A DNA stretch of 64,000 nucleotides, from the NCBI GenBank assembly GCA_950097015.1, contig CATNEN010000007.1:9548001-9612000 (forward strand), read 5' to 3'. The notes below the pieces were generated by a model that was given only the letters and a program-made list of their open reading frames with translations, had not been told where the DNA came from and did no database searches. This document shows, one piece after another, positions 24,489 through 36,476 of this stretch (its first letter is position 1; each line of letters opens with the position of its first letter). Position numbers and translations under genes: made by a program. The stretch is from Macrostomum hystrix (Eukaryota > Animalia > Platyhelminthes).

Positions 24489-24987
24489 CAGGGGTCGGCA
24501 AACTCCGGCCCGCGGGCCAGATGCGGCCCTCGAAGCTCCCAAATCCGGCCCGTTGCCCCTTCTGACATCTACAGTGTCCTGTTTCATCTCTCCCGTGTCT
24601 AATCTCTCCCGTGTCTAATTTCTCCCGTGTCTAATCTCTCCCGTGTCTAATCTCTCCCGTGTCTAATTTCTCCAGTGTCTAATCTCTCCCGTGTCTAATC
24701 TCTCCCGTGTCTAATTTCTCCCGTGTCTAATCTCTCCCGTGTCTAATTTCTCCCGTGTATAATCTCTTCCGTGTCTAATCTCTTCCGTATCTAATCTCTT
24801 CCCTGTCTTATCTCTTCCCTGTCTTATCTCTCCCGTGTCTCATCTCTCTCGTGTCCCATCTTTCCTGTGTCTCATCTCTCCCGTGTCTCATCTCTCCCCT
24901 ATCTGATATTTATACAGTCAATGCGGCCCGCTGTCGTCTTTTAGGCTCTCTCTTTGGCCCGCCAGAAAATAAGTTTGCCTACCCCTG
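24489..24987. mobile_element. Non-autonomous hAT (Charlie-type) MITE carrying an internal 16-bp minisatellite
   Basis: TIRs caggggtcggcaaact / agtttgcctacccctg, subterminal ggcccg motifs; (aatctctcccgtgtct)n at ~24585-24898; no clean TSD. Confidence 0.8.
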
Positions 24988-25877
24988 CATGCGGCCTACC
25001 TTATTGAAGCCCTTAATTTATTATCAAGTAGTCAAATAGGAAATAGAAAATGTCATAGCATCACGTTGCGACCCTATACTATACGAATATTAAACATGAT
25101 TAATGAAAACACACTGGAACGGGTGGAAGTCAACCCAGCAGAAACAAATAGCATCGAAAAAAGTCATTTCAAATCCATACGGCCATAAAGAATGACAAAA
25201 GAAGCAATTAACAGCTTTGCTGTGATACCTTTGGTTTCACATGAACTCCAAGGCAGCTATAGACACTAGCGGGATTACAGGTAGTACAGACAGGTCATTG
25301 TCTTCCTAACAGCTGGGTAGAAAATAGCATTTATTAAATAACGCAGGAAAGTTCAGAAATATCTCGTAACAGAAAGCTTATTAAAGATTAATATCAACTG
25401 CGCACGCTAATATAGGGTGCTGATTTTTTGTTACAAAAAACACGTTTGTCAATTATGAATGAGAAAACACGAAATAAAAGTTTGTTAAAGTGGCCTTTGT
25501 GTAATTTCTGTGAGTAATGTTGTATTAATTTTAATAAGTAAGTGATAAGTAATAATTTAAAAAGGCAAAAAATGTTTATGGGGGAAATTTTGAAGATAAA
25601 AAACACAATTAACGCTGGCCTGAGACCTCAGGAGTGCTAATTTTAATATATACGCTCGTACATGATATAAACCTGTCAGTTTCGCTGCATTAAATTCAAA
25701 TTAATTTAAATCCTTAGTTTTTTTCCTTCTATTTGAGTTCTTTAAGCTTGGTCTTATAAATAGGGTTTTTGTAAGTAATATTTTTAAGAATAAGAATCAA
25801 TGGGTATTTGTGTTCGAAGCTTACACGACTGGCTGTGTTAGATTTTATTCATACCAGGAATCGCTTCATCGATAAAC

Positions 25878-26804
25878 TCATTTAACAGTGACGAGCATGA
25901 AGTCAGCCAGGACAGAGTTGCCGTTCCAGACTCCGGACTTCAGGTTGTAGAGGATCTTGGGCAGAGCGGTGCTGCTACTGCCTATCTGTGCCCATGGACA
26001 GGGGTCAATCTGATCAGTCACTGCCATGATCCCAATATCGCCTGGACATTCAGTGTACACCATGTTCACAAAAAACCGTCGAGTCATAGTGCTGAGCCTA
26101 TCATCACCGATAATCGAGAAGTAGTTGAAGGTCCTGCCCGCCATGGCCAAGTCCGGCTCGCTGCCGACCAGTCTGTCCTTCCCGAACCAGTTCGTCACGT
26201 TCAGTCCGGCGAAGCTCGCGTCGAAGGAGATCTTCAGCACTGTGGCGCCGTCCTTCAGAATCTCCACAGACAGCGTCTTGCCCGACAGCAGTCTCATGAG
26301 ATCGGGCAGTCGGTCGAGCCAGCACGAGCGCCAGAAGTGGATCGGAGGCGGTCCGACAGCCGGCGACACCAGGAGGGACTGGTTGCATCCGATTGGCGTC
26401 AGGAACGAGTCCAGGACCTTCACCTGGCTTCCGGACTTGACCGCGAACAGCACGAGTCGGGGCTGTCCGAGGGACGCCGGAAACAGAGCTGTGAGCGGGT
26501 CGGACTCGTTCACGAGCAGCTGGTCGCACCAGGCTGAGATCTCGCAGCCTCGGACCTCATCGTATTGGTTAATGCGGATGAAGCTTGGATCATTATTGAG
26601 CTGTTTCAGTTGCATCCAGGACATCTGGCAGTCCAGCAGGGACCGCGAGTGCGGCTTCAGCAGCCGGCGGCAATCGGCGAGTGTGCCAGGCAGAGCGAGT
26701 GTCGCGAAGACCCCTGCCTGCGAGGCTGACGTGCTGTCACCAGGGCTCACTGCTATCGCGTTAGACACCAGCGCAATAGATAAGGCTGTCTTAAGCAGCT
26801 CCAT
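25878..26804 (-). CDS. Uncharacterised secreted protein, single exon, 308 aa
   Basis: Signal-like MELLKTALSIALVSNAIA; Cys-spaced N-terminal region; C-terminal NWFGKDRL..FNYFSIIGD..RRFFVN..CPGDIG..CPW; GC-rich coding-like composition in AT-rich surroundings. Confidence 0.8.
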   Translation of the reverse strand: MELLKTALSIALVSNAIAVSPGDSTSASQAGVFATLALPGTLADCRRLLKPHSRSLLDCQMSWMQLKQLNNDPSFIRINQYDEVRGCEISAWCDQLLVNESDPLTALFPASLGQPRLVLFAVKSGSQVKVLDSFLTPIGCNQSLLVSPAVGPPPIHFWRSCWLDRLPDLMRLLSGKTLSVEILKDGATVLKISFDASFAGLNVTNWFGKDRLVGSEPDLAMAGRTFNYFSIIGDDRLSTMTRRFFVNMVYTECPGDIGIMAVTDQIDPCPWAQIGSSSTALPKILYNLKSGVWNGNSVLADFMLVTVK

Positions 26805-27846
26805 GCTGAGAAGGTGGATAGTTACAAGTCATAAAAAAGTGTCTTTTGTACTTTGGAATTTTTGTGCCTTAAAGGGCCACTCAAATTAAGTTGGTTGGTT
26901 TGGAGTCAATCCTAATTGAGAAGTATTATATTCGCAGTGTCGTTGTCAAGGTCTGGAAATATCTTTCAATGCTGAGAGCTGCGCCTTCGCTTGTAACGAT
27001 AGCCTGAATGGTTTATCTCATTTTTAGCCAGCGCTTTAATTGATTGGCAATTGTGACGATAGTGTCCTTCAATTTCCTGAAATTTATAGTGCTGATCTCG
27101 CCCTTCCTATGACCGTATCGTTGAATAAATTGCATTGTTTACTCCCGATTGCATCTGCCGTCATGCGCAGGTGGAACAGAGCTTGCAGCGCTAACGGTTG
27201 CTTCGATTCGGTTAGCTTTGAGGCCAAGATAATTAATTAAATTTGCTCCACCGCCAGCAACCAGCAGAAGCACTGATGCTGGGAGGGGATGGAAAGGGTA
27301 TGTATTTATTCATTGCTTTATGCCAGTTGCCAATTTACTGTACACCCAGTCCGACAGTGGAGGATACAGAAAATTTATCCCATTTCATAAGCAGAATTGG
27401 GTTTCAGGCAGCACAGTTGACCAGTCATGCATGCAAGTGACTTTTCTCTTGGTGCTTAATTTTAGTGCTCACGTCTTTCTATGATAACTGGCGTCTATAT
27501 ATAAATGCTATGCATTGATGTCCATGGATTAATAAGTATGAATGACTTAACAGCCATAATACAGTTTTTTGCCATGGACTTTTCTAGCTAGCAATGGAAG
27601 AAGTAGCTATAGGGAAGTTCATGCTTTTTGCATGATTTTCAAACTTTTTGTCAAGCGCAATCTGAGACTGAGAAGCAAAAACGAGAGCCGGTGAAGCCTG
27701 CATGTTCGTAAAAATTATTCCCCAGTTGGATTGGCCCATAGACCAGATAAATGTATTTATTTGGCCGTTGAAATTTAACTGGCCGGGACAGATAAACATT
27801 TATCTGGTCCGGTGACAATTATCTGGCTTCAACTGTGGAATAAATA

Positions 27847-29088
27847 CACTCAGCAACATTTAAAACGCAACACTCTAACTAGAAGAAAAATCAACTCACC
27901 CAGAAGAGTCAAAGCGCATAGTCTATGGTTCAAATCGAGCTTCAGAAACGCGTGTAGCTTCCTCTCGCAAGTAACAGGGCGATGACTATGGACTGTTTTC
28001 AGACAGAGTGATCCAGCTGAGAGAATGGTTCAACAGATGACAGACGCGGAAAGATGGCGAGCAGTCGGAATGTTGGAAGCAGGTTGTACTCTTCGAACAG
28101 TTGCGAACCACTTCGGGAGGTCGCCTTCAACAGTTTTACGTCTGCTACAGAAGAGCAGAGCCACTGGAAGCGTGGCTCACGCGAGAAAAGGTACGGTGCT
28201 TCACCAACTTCGCAGTACAACAGCGAGGGCAGATCGACGTCTGCTGAGAATAGTGCGTGGAAACCCCACACTGCCTGCCACACTCCTGCGATTGATGTGG
28301 GCAGAGAGAAGCCGCAGAGGCAACGTTCTCAGCGCGCAGACGATTCGCCGCAGGATTCACGCTGCAGGATTGCGGTCAAGAAAAATGCGGAGGAGGCCGC
28401 GCCTGAGTCCTGCACATGTCGCTAACAGGGAACTGTGGGCCATGCAGCGGGCGCACTGGCGGCAAGGACAGTGGCAGCGCGTTATCTTTACAGACGAGAG
28501 TCGGTTTCGTCTTTTTCGCAGTGATGGTCGAATTCGCGTCTGGCGTGAGCCACGGCAAGAGCTTCTGCAGCAGCACGTGCAAAGCTGCGATGGGCAGGGA
28601 CCCTCCGTACACGTGTGGGCAGGGATTTCAATGCGAGGCAGGACCCAGCTGGTTTTCTTAGACGCAAACGTGAACGGCGATGAGTACGCTCGTTTGCTGC
28701 AGACGCATCTGCTCCCTTTTGTTAACAACCACTTTGGTGGCGTCGCAAACTGCAAACTACATCTTCGGTGGCCTTCAAGATCCCCTGATATGAACCCAAT
28801 TGAACATGTCTGGGCCTTTATCAAGCGGAGTGTTCAACGGCAGAATCCGCCGCAGACAGTCGCTGAACTGCGAAACGCTGTTGCTAACGCGTGGCAGGAA
28901 ATTCCCCAGGACTTTTTTCGACGCCTTGTTCTGGGAATGCCACGTCGAGTCAACGCCCTGTTACTTGCGAGAGGAGGCTACACGCGTTTCTGAAGCTCGA
29001 TTTGAACCATAGACTATGCGCTTTGACTCTTCTGAGTGAGTTGATTTTTCTTCTAGTTAGAGTGTTGCGTTTTAAATGTTGTTGAGTG
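27847..29088 (+). mobile_element. Tc1-family DNA transposon with ~140-bp TIRs
   Basis: TIRs cactcagcaacatttaaaacgc... / ...gcgttttaaatgttgttgagtg; TA TSD on both sides. Confidence 0.95.
28025..28993 (+). CDS. Tc1 transposase, open frame but lacking the segment with the second catalytic Asp
   Basis: HTH N-terminus, VIFTDESRF and WPSRSPDMNPIEHVW present; the expected QDN.P.H motif is absent between them. Confidence 0.88.
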   Translation: MVQQMTDAERWRAVGMLEAGCTLRTVANHFGRSPSTVLRLLQKSRATGSVAHARKGTVLHQLRSTTARADRRLLRIVRGNPTLPATLLRLMWAERSRRGNVLSAQTIRRRIHAAGLRSRKMRRRPRLSPAHVANRELWAMQRAHWRQGQWQRVIFTDESRFRLFRSDGRIRVWREPRQELLQQHVQSCDGQGPSVHVWAGISMRGRTQLVFLDANVNGDEYARLLQTHLLPFVNNHFGGVANCKLHLRWPSRSPDMNPIEHVWAFIKRSVQRQNPPQTVAELRNAVANAWQEIPQDFFRRLVLGMPRRVNALLLARGGYTRF

Positions 29089-29092
29089 TACA

Positions 29093-29226
29093 TTATCACC
29101 CACTTGTTTGACTTATCTATGGCCGGGAACGGCTGAGGACTCGTTTATTGGCCGAGGCGAAGCCGAGTCCAAGAAACGATGTCCTCAGCCGTTCCCGGCC
29201 AAAATAAATAAAAAAGTGGGTGATAA
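29093..29226. repeat. Long imperfect palindrome with central ggcgaagcc hairpin (non-autonomous element-like)
   Basis: ttatcacccactt..ggccgggaacggctgaggac pairs with gtcctcagccgttcccggcc..aagtgggtgataa. Confidence 0.8.
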
Positions 29227-29639
29227 CTTATACTTACTCTACGAGTACTACTGCTGAATAATATATCGAGCAGCAAATATTATCTTTCCATTAATTGCTT
29301 ACTGAACAGCGGAAGGACACATCGGCTTCCAACAGTATGCAGTGTTGTTTACTAGCCTAGCTATTAATCCGTGGTTAATTCTTTCTGTGCTATCCCAATG
29401 AGCGGTATGACGCTCGGCGCTCTGCTTCCTTTCCCCACGCAGTTCTGGTCCCAAAGTATAGTGAAACAGGCTCGCCTAAGTAATATGTTGGCAGCTAGTT
29501 TCCTCGTTATTGGAGGACCAAAGTCCCTCTATCGAATATTACTAGCGTATGGCTCTGACTTCGATCGTTAACCAAAACTTAGGCCAAAAAATAGAGCTAT
29601 TGCCGGTTAAATTGGCACAATTGTATGGGAGCGGAGCTC

Positions 29640-29900
29640 TCATGAGCTCAAATTCACGATGAGGCATGCGAATTCGCTTCGAGTGGAGCCGCGGAGAGGA
29701 AGGCTTGGGAGGCTTGTGGTGTTATTAATTATCGCCCATTTGCTATAGGGCTATCCCCGCAAAGCACAGCAACAGTGTACACTGCTACCTGGGGATGCGA
29801 AAGTCAGGACTGCAGAAACAATTTCCGATCGCATTTGCTTCTGGTCTCTGAAGGTCATCAAATGATGCACCAGTGCCTGCAAATAGTGTTGGTATTACCA
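29640..29900 (+). mobile_element. SINE family A, degenerate copy
   Basis: gagctcaaattcacgatgaggc...gccgcggagaggaaggcttgggaggcttg...gaaagtcagg resembles the other copies. Confidence 0.6.
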
Positions 29901-31241
29901 ACGGAGAAATCTGTTCGAAGAGCGCCTAATTAAATGCTAAAGGCGCCTCCGTATTTTATTCAGTTAGCTGGACGCATGAACTAATTAATAAGGACTAATT
30001 AAGTACGGTGATTCCAAATCATCCAATGCAATTATCCTCGAAATATCCTCGAAAAATGAAAATCAAAATAATATGCAGTCTTCAATATGACCTTGATATC
30101 CTGCATCTGTGCGTTTTTAAGGATGACTCAGTCTCAAGTAGAGCGAGCCAAGTGGTCCTTTTTGAGGTTATTCAAACAAAAACTTATTTGTGGTGACACC
30201 ATGAAAACTTTATTGGCCATACAGCCTGTGTCGGCCGGTGTTTGCTGACTTCTAGAAAAAAATATTTGCGTCACTAGAAACCAATTTCGCGGAAGTTCAA
30301 TTTTCCAGGCCACGAGCTGGACCAAGTTACACTGCGCAAATTTAATGATAACTCATTGGATTTAAATGTCAAGCCAGAAGCGATAAAAATGTGTTTTCCT
30401 TGCGTCGTACTACCTTATTATTACGAGAACAACGTGTTTTTTCTAATGGCATTTATTCTTATTTATCAAAATATTTCTTTAAGAAATGTATAATTCCAAG
30501 ATTGATTTAATATGGCTACACCCTGACTAATAAACAATGGTGCACTTATTAATATTTCTTAAGTGACAAACTTTATTAATATCATTGATGCTTTAATATT
30601 TATAATGCTATTATGCACATATTCTATTGCTCCAACTAAATTTACTTCATTGCTTACTTATATTTTCATATGAAGCTTTTTCTGTGACAAGGCAAGACCT
30701 TTCTGTGTCTTGTTTAATTCAGCCTATGCCTTAGCAGCCTGCAGGTATATAAGTTTGTATTATTATGATAGCCTTTTCAGCTTAAGAGAATCTGTTTAGC
30801 TTCTCTTGTTTCTTGTGAATAAATGAATGCACTTTTTCATAGTATTTTTCAAGCATTTGTGTATAGACCTCTGTATTACTATTCGTTTTAATAATGGAAT
30901 GTTTTCATTTGGAAAATATTTTTTTCTTAGCACTTTTAGCAGTCACTGAGAAAGGCAAAATGTTGCATTTTCTAATTCATGAAGCATATATTTAGCTTTT
31001 GCTGATTTCATAGCTAAATTTGAGTCTGTATCATTTATATTGTATTTGAGTTTGATAGTCACTAGACAAACTGTTGTATGTAGCATTTAAAACTTAGCTA
31101 AAAAATTATTATAGGTATTCTGTATTCTTACTACTAATAAAAAGCATTATAATATCCCCAATTAGTCATAGTGATTGGTTTGTTGTAGTTTCTACTTTAT
31201 TAGTTTTATTCAACACTGCAATCTTATTGCAGCAGGCTGCA

Positions 31242-32141
31242 ATGGACAGTCGGGTGAAGTTAAGTATTGTACAAACACTTGAGCCTTCAACCAATACTGA
31301 GAGAGTCTGCCTGACAGCCCAACCTGTTTGCGGGCCAGCTTCAGCACAGTTGGCTGACAGAAGACTCAGCCAGCCTGTTAAACTGATCCAGCTGCTCAGG
31401 AATTCTGCTCAATCAAGTTACTGCAATAATGACAGTCGCCCTGGTGACAGCGACTTCGATGATGAGGACTCGCTCGTTGAGTGCATTCCTCCTGGCTGCA
31501 TTGAGATGCCTGGCCTTGTCGTAGCTCAGGCAGCGCACTCCCCACCCAACCTGCTTCACTGGGCCCGCCGCTACTTCGAGGAGGAGCCGTCAGTGAGGCC
31601 CCCATCTCGCGGATCTTCGCCGTCCAAATCTCAAGCTGACGAATCTCCATCATCGAAGGGTCCATCTCCTGTCAAGTCTCAGTCAACAGCTTCCCCATCG
31701 AAATCTCGATCCGGTGGGCCTTCGCCATCGAAAAGCAATGAGCCATCTTCGCCCCGGTCTGATCAGACTCAAGTGGACGACATGTGGCGCGAGTTGAAAA
31801 ACGGCAGTAGGGTTATTCTGTGAGTACGGGTGCATTTAGTGTACTGCTTACTAATAGTAGTCACATCTGGTCAGCAACTTAACAAATGTGGAGGGACTGG
31901 ATCTGTGATCTCGCATTTCCGCCCATATTATAAACCATTCTGCAGCGCCGCTGATGTTGACGAATCGGACGGTCCCAGTTTTTTCGTCAGAGTCGCTCGA
32001 GAAACTGCGGCCGCGAGACTCAGGCAGGCTGAGCAGCTGCAGCTTGGTGCAGGGAAAATCAGCCAACAGGACGACTCCGATGGAGAGGATGAGGAGCCAT
32101 GTGAGACTGATGAAGAGATTAGCGAGGATACGGAAGAATGA
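31242..32141 (+). CDS. Uncharacterised Ser/Pro-rich protein with acidic tail (~257 aa), possibly transposon-borne
   Basis: Exon 31242-31819 (donor CT|gtgagt) and exon 31946-32141 (acceptor ttctgcag) join in phase; repeated SP[S/V]K motifs. Confidence 0.6.
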
Positions 32142-33965
32142 ACGGCTTGCGCATTTTCTTTTTTAGTTTTTATCCCTCACTGTTTTATAAGCCATTGTGA
32201 TTCACTGTATTTATTAGCTTTAGACTTTGCTTTTACGAGCTAGATTTTAACAAATGTTCTGGCCTGGTCTGTAAAAGTTTCTGGGTCGATTATAAACTTT
32301 TCGTGCGCAGTTTGAGTTAAGTGTGTCTCCAGATCGCGTGTCTGGAGTGTATGGAAAAATCGCAGACCAAACAGTAAAGCGCGTATTTGTTTTAACTCCA
32401 TCGAGTTTTTAGTTCGAGTTTGAGACAAGAAAGTGGTGCTCACATGCGGCACGTCAATTTGCTTGATTATAAAATCAACGAGGCGCCTGTGAAGCGTACT
32501 GTCTACCTGCGTAAAATTAATTTATACCACCTACTAAACCACTCGACAGCAGCTGCACAAAGCGGGGAGGGTGCAGTCCGTGTCTCTCATATTCCGATCG
32601 CCCAATTCATAAGTGGTCCTTATTCTGTTTTGTCGCGTCTACTAGAGAATGAGTTGAAAAAACGGCTCGGTTCTGTGACTTCGCTCCGCTCTCGCCCTCA
32701 TCACCTGGTTGGTGAATTGGCACTGCAGCGGGGCCTACATAGTAAATTGCCAATTCGTCTAATGGATTTTTGATTGAGTCCAGCAGCAGCAGCTGATGGC
32801 TGAAGTGGTCATGGAGTGGTGAAAAGCGTTTGATTATTATGACTAAATTTGGTCACCAGTACTAGCACGTTTCCATGAGGCTTCATTTCTATGTGGGCTG
32901 AGCTTGGTGTGGTGAGCATTTTATTATGAGATGCTGTATCTTCTGCTGCATGATACAGGCCACTTACCAGTACTAGTTTGTACGAGTACCAATGACTAGT
33001 TTCGCAGACAGGATGTATAGTACAAATCCTAAATACAAATCCTAAATATCTTTTCAAACGGACATGCTCATACGTAGCCATGCAGACACTCTTCTTCGTA
33101 GTTAATTTAATTAATTCTTCTAACGAAGACGCAATGATTTTCTTCTTTCTTTGACACACTTCAACAATCAGTCAATATAGCCTTTCTATGCAGAATGCCA
33201 TTCTCTGCATATAGTCAAGAGACCGACAAGTTTTGAAAATTGAAGAAACTTGTTTGTTCCGATTAATTGGAACCAAACACCGGCTTCATCAATCACGTTG
33301 TTTATTAAGTTGTCAATCAAGCTTTTCGGCGAAATTGGGTGAGGCTGAGTAGAAGCAACTGCTTGTGGGACGTGCACAATTTCGACTAGTGTGCACTTTT
33401 AAGGAGAGCAGTTTATTAAAACCAGCTGATGACGCACGTCCTTAAACAGGGACAGTGTAGCGATGCAGGAGTGTATCGATTTCTGAACTGTAATTAGGCG
33501 AATGCTGCTTCCACATGCATGTTTTTTGGAATACGATGCAGGTTTGTTTGTTATAGTTGTTCGTATATCCGCAATCGTAATAAGATGAGTAAATACAGTG
33601 CTAAAAAATGACGGAGATCTGAATGCTAAACAGGACGTAAAAAGATGCGTATAATAGGCTGAATGAATGGGCTAATGCAAGAATAACAGTAAACAGACAC
33701 ATGGCTTCATTAGCAGCAATGTCATGTAATACATGTGCGAGCGTCAGTTTTAAAATGAACGACCGGAGCGATTGATGCTGTACTGAATACAAAAACAACT
33801 GCTGAAGATTTTTACTATGACGTCAGCCACAGGAATACTCAGGAGTACTTGGGTCTTTTATATTCTATGATAGCTTGGCCGCATGCGATTATCGGCTAAT
33901 TAGATGAGGACATTGCATTATGACTGGTGCGGCAGGAGCGCTGCAATGCTCGGTGCTGACACTGG

Positions 33966-36476
33966 TCAATAGTTGGGTGCTCTTCTGCAGCCCAGCAGAC
34001 GACCCTCTGGAAGGCTACGCGATCTCTGCCTGCCACCGCCATCGATATTGCAGACGTCGGGCAAAGCTTTCCCGGCAGCAGGTGGGTGAGGATGAACGTG
34101 GCAGCGACAGCCGCAACCTCCCGCTGCGATGGCCACAGCCACCGCCGGATTAGCGTCTCTGAGAATGGCATCAGCCCGCTCAGAGGTCGAGTTGTTGAGC
34201 TTGCTCGGGTGCAACTCTCTGGCCGCTCCGTGCTTGGCCACTGCCGCTCCTGCCGCGGCTATGCAGGCGTGACAGCGGGCGCGGCCACTGCGTCTGCGCC
34301 TGAGAGTGCATCCGGCTGCAGCCGCAGCCAGGCGCCTAGCCAGGCTCCAGCCTCTTTGCAGGATGCCGCGCCGCAGCAGGATGTACAGCCAGGGATCAAG
34401 CACCTGGTTGATGCTGGCTGCGTACACCGCCTTCAGGTCTTCGACACAGTCTGGCGTTCCTCCCAATGCGTTCCACAGAACTCGCACCTGAGATTTGGTT
34501 CGAAGGTGCAAATCAATTTAGCACAAAGGGAAAGCGAAACAGCAATGTTTGTAGACTTATATCACCAAAATCTGCAGCTCTATACTAGACAATAGCTCGC
34601 ATTTTTCAGCAAGCTATTTTACTGCTATTTCCTCACAATAGTGTTAGGCGAGGCAGTTAGATTGTTCCCCTTGTGTGAGAATTCAGTTAAAAAATTCAAA
34701 TTGAAAGCTAAAATAGGAATTTTTAATGACAGGAAAGGCGTCAAAAAATTGAAAGCCTTTGAAAATGCTGTTTAAAATACAAAGGCTGTCAATTTAAGCT
34801 GTTGTGATTGCCTTTTCTCGAGGAAGGATTGAGTCCTATTCTATGATTTAGAACCATAATATAGAAGCGATGCGAGGCAGAACCTGCATTAACCTGCACA
34901 GGGGGGCAGGATGTGGAACATGGCAGCAGCAGTTAAACAGACGGCATCCCATGCAGTCTCCATTTTGCCTTAACAATCATTTCATTTTCCTCCAGGACCG
35001 GAAAGCCGGCGGTCATTCGGCGAGGTCATGTAGGGTTATAATGTGTCCATTAGTTAGCGTGTGCGTCAGCTGTCTGTCGGAGATGGCTGTCGGTCTGGAA
35101 AAGAAATATCACCTTTCTTTTCTATCAGCGCTCCGTCCTCCCTCTGGCTCATTGCCGCTCTGATTGAAGGCAGTTAAGCGCTGCGTCCTGCCCGCCATTT
35201 CTACTCATCACGGATCATTTGAGCACAGCTAGGGCGGATCAGCCGAGGATGGCTAGAGAGCGCTGGCAGAGATAAGACAGATTGGCGCTTATGTGGGAAA
35301 GAAGCTAGGATTGATCTGCCAGCCCCTCAGTAGTGCGAGGGATATCGGATGTCTTCGACAGGGTTCGATGAATTTAATCTCGCCTGCCCGTCACACTGAA
35401 GCTTGCGAGTGCTAATCGATTTTAATGGCCACGATTCCCGACAGTGATACGGCAGAGAACATGCTTTGAGCGCGGACTGAATGCATGGCATGATGCAATG
35501 AAACATGCTGCAAAGATTAAGGACTAAAAAAGTTTTTTTCTCTATAAACGCTTACCATCAACGGGCTCCAGCACAGCGCGAATGTAATTGTGATGGCCAC
35601 TAAAAGCAGAACCAGCTGCAGCTCCATGTGACGCATGAGGCGGTGGCCCCCACCGCCACTGGCGTTGCTGCCTCGATGCTGCCTCAGAGGCTGGTCGGCC
35701 CGGTACACAGCGGAAGGACTAGTGCTGTAGCCAGAGCGAGACTCGCGGAGCACCGTTTTGCGTAATCTTCGGACGGCCAGCAGTGAGTGAATGACGACGA
35801 TGTTGCACACGGCAATGAGGCCAATCAGGATCAGATTCCACGAGCCAAACCAGGCGGCGTACACACGGTGAGACGTCTCGGTGGAATATGAGCGTACGAA
35901 GCACCAGGTACCGGGGAACTGCAGGCTGTAGGCGCCGGCGCCAACCAGCGGCAGGCCGGCCAGAAGAAACGCGAGGCCGAACACGATGAGAAGGCAGAGC
36001 CGCGCCTTCCTGTGTTGCTGCTCATGCGAGTAGTTTTGCCACATCATCAGGCACAATACTCGCTCGACGGACATACAGAGGACGAGAAGAGGTGTGCTGA
36101 GGGCCATCGCAGTCATGACAAACGCGTGAGCTTGACAGGTGGCGTGGCCGCCCAGCCAGGTGAGGCGAAGTCGTTGAGCGCTGGCGTTGAATGCAGCCGT
36201 CCCGTAGACAATCAGCGGTGCAGAGGAGGTCAGCACCTGGCCGACCATGTCGTTGAGAATTAGTGCGGTCAGTAGCGTGTAGAACAGGGTTCGACTCTTA
36301 CTCGGAGTCCGCCGCAGCAGCACCAACAATGCCAGAAGGTTTCCAGCTACGCCCACTGCAAAGAGGCTCAGCGTCTTGGCTACGTTCACGCCGCTTCGGC
36401 TCGGAATTTCGCAGCTCCAGTCTGTCTGAGGCTGCTGACAGCCCAGCAACCGAGAGCAACAGCTGGCATTGGCCAT
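33966..36476 (-). CDS. Prostanoid-receptor-like class A GPCR (EP2/EP4-like), ~480 aa
   Basis: Exons 36476-35556 and 34487-33966. GVAGNLLAL, LFYTLLTALILNDMVG, MSVER, QFPGTWCF (ECL2 prostanoid signature), CWSPLM|V, NQVLDPWLYILLR. Confidence 0.92.

Noticed and set aside
32809-33377. CIDE-N-like fragment (KKIIASSLEELIK)
   Set aside because: Similarity limited to about 13 residues; no coherent exon structure
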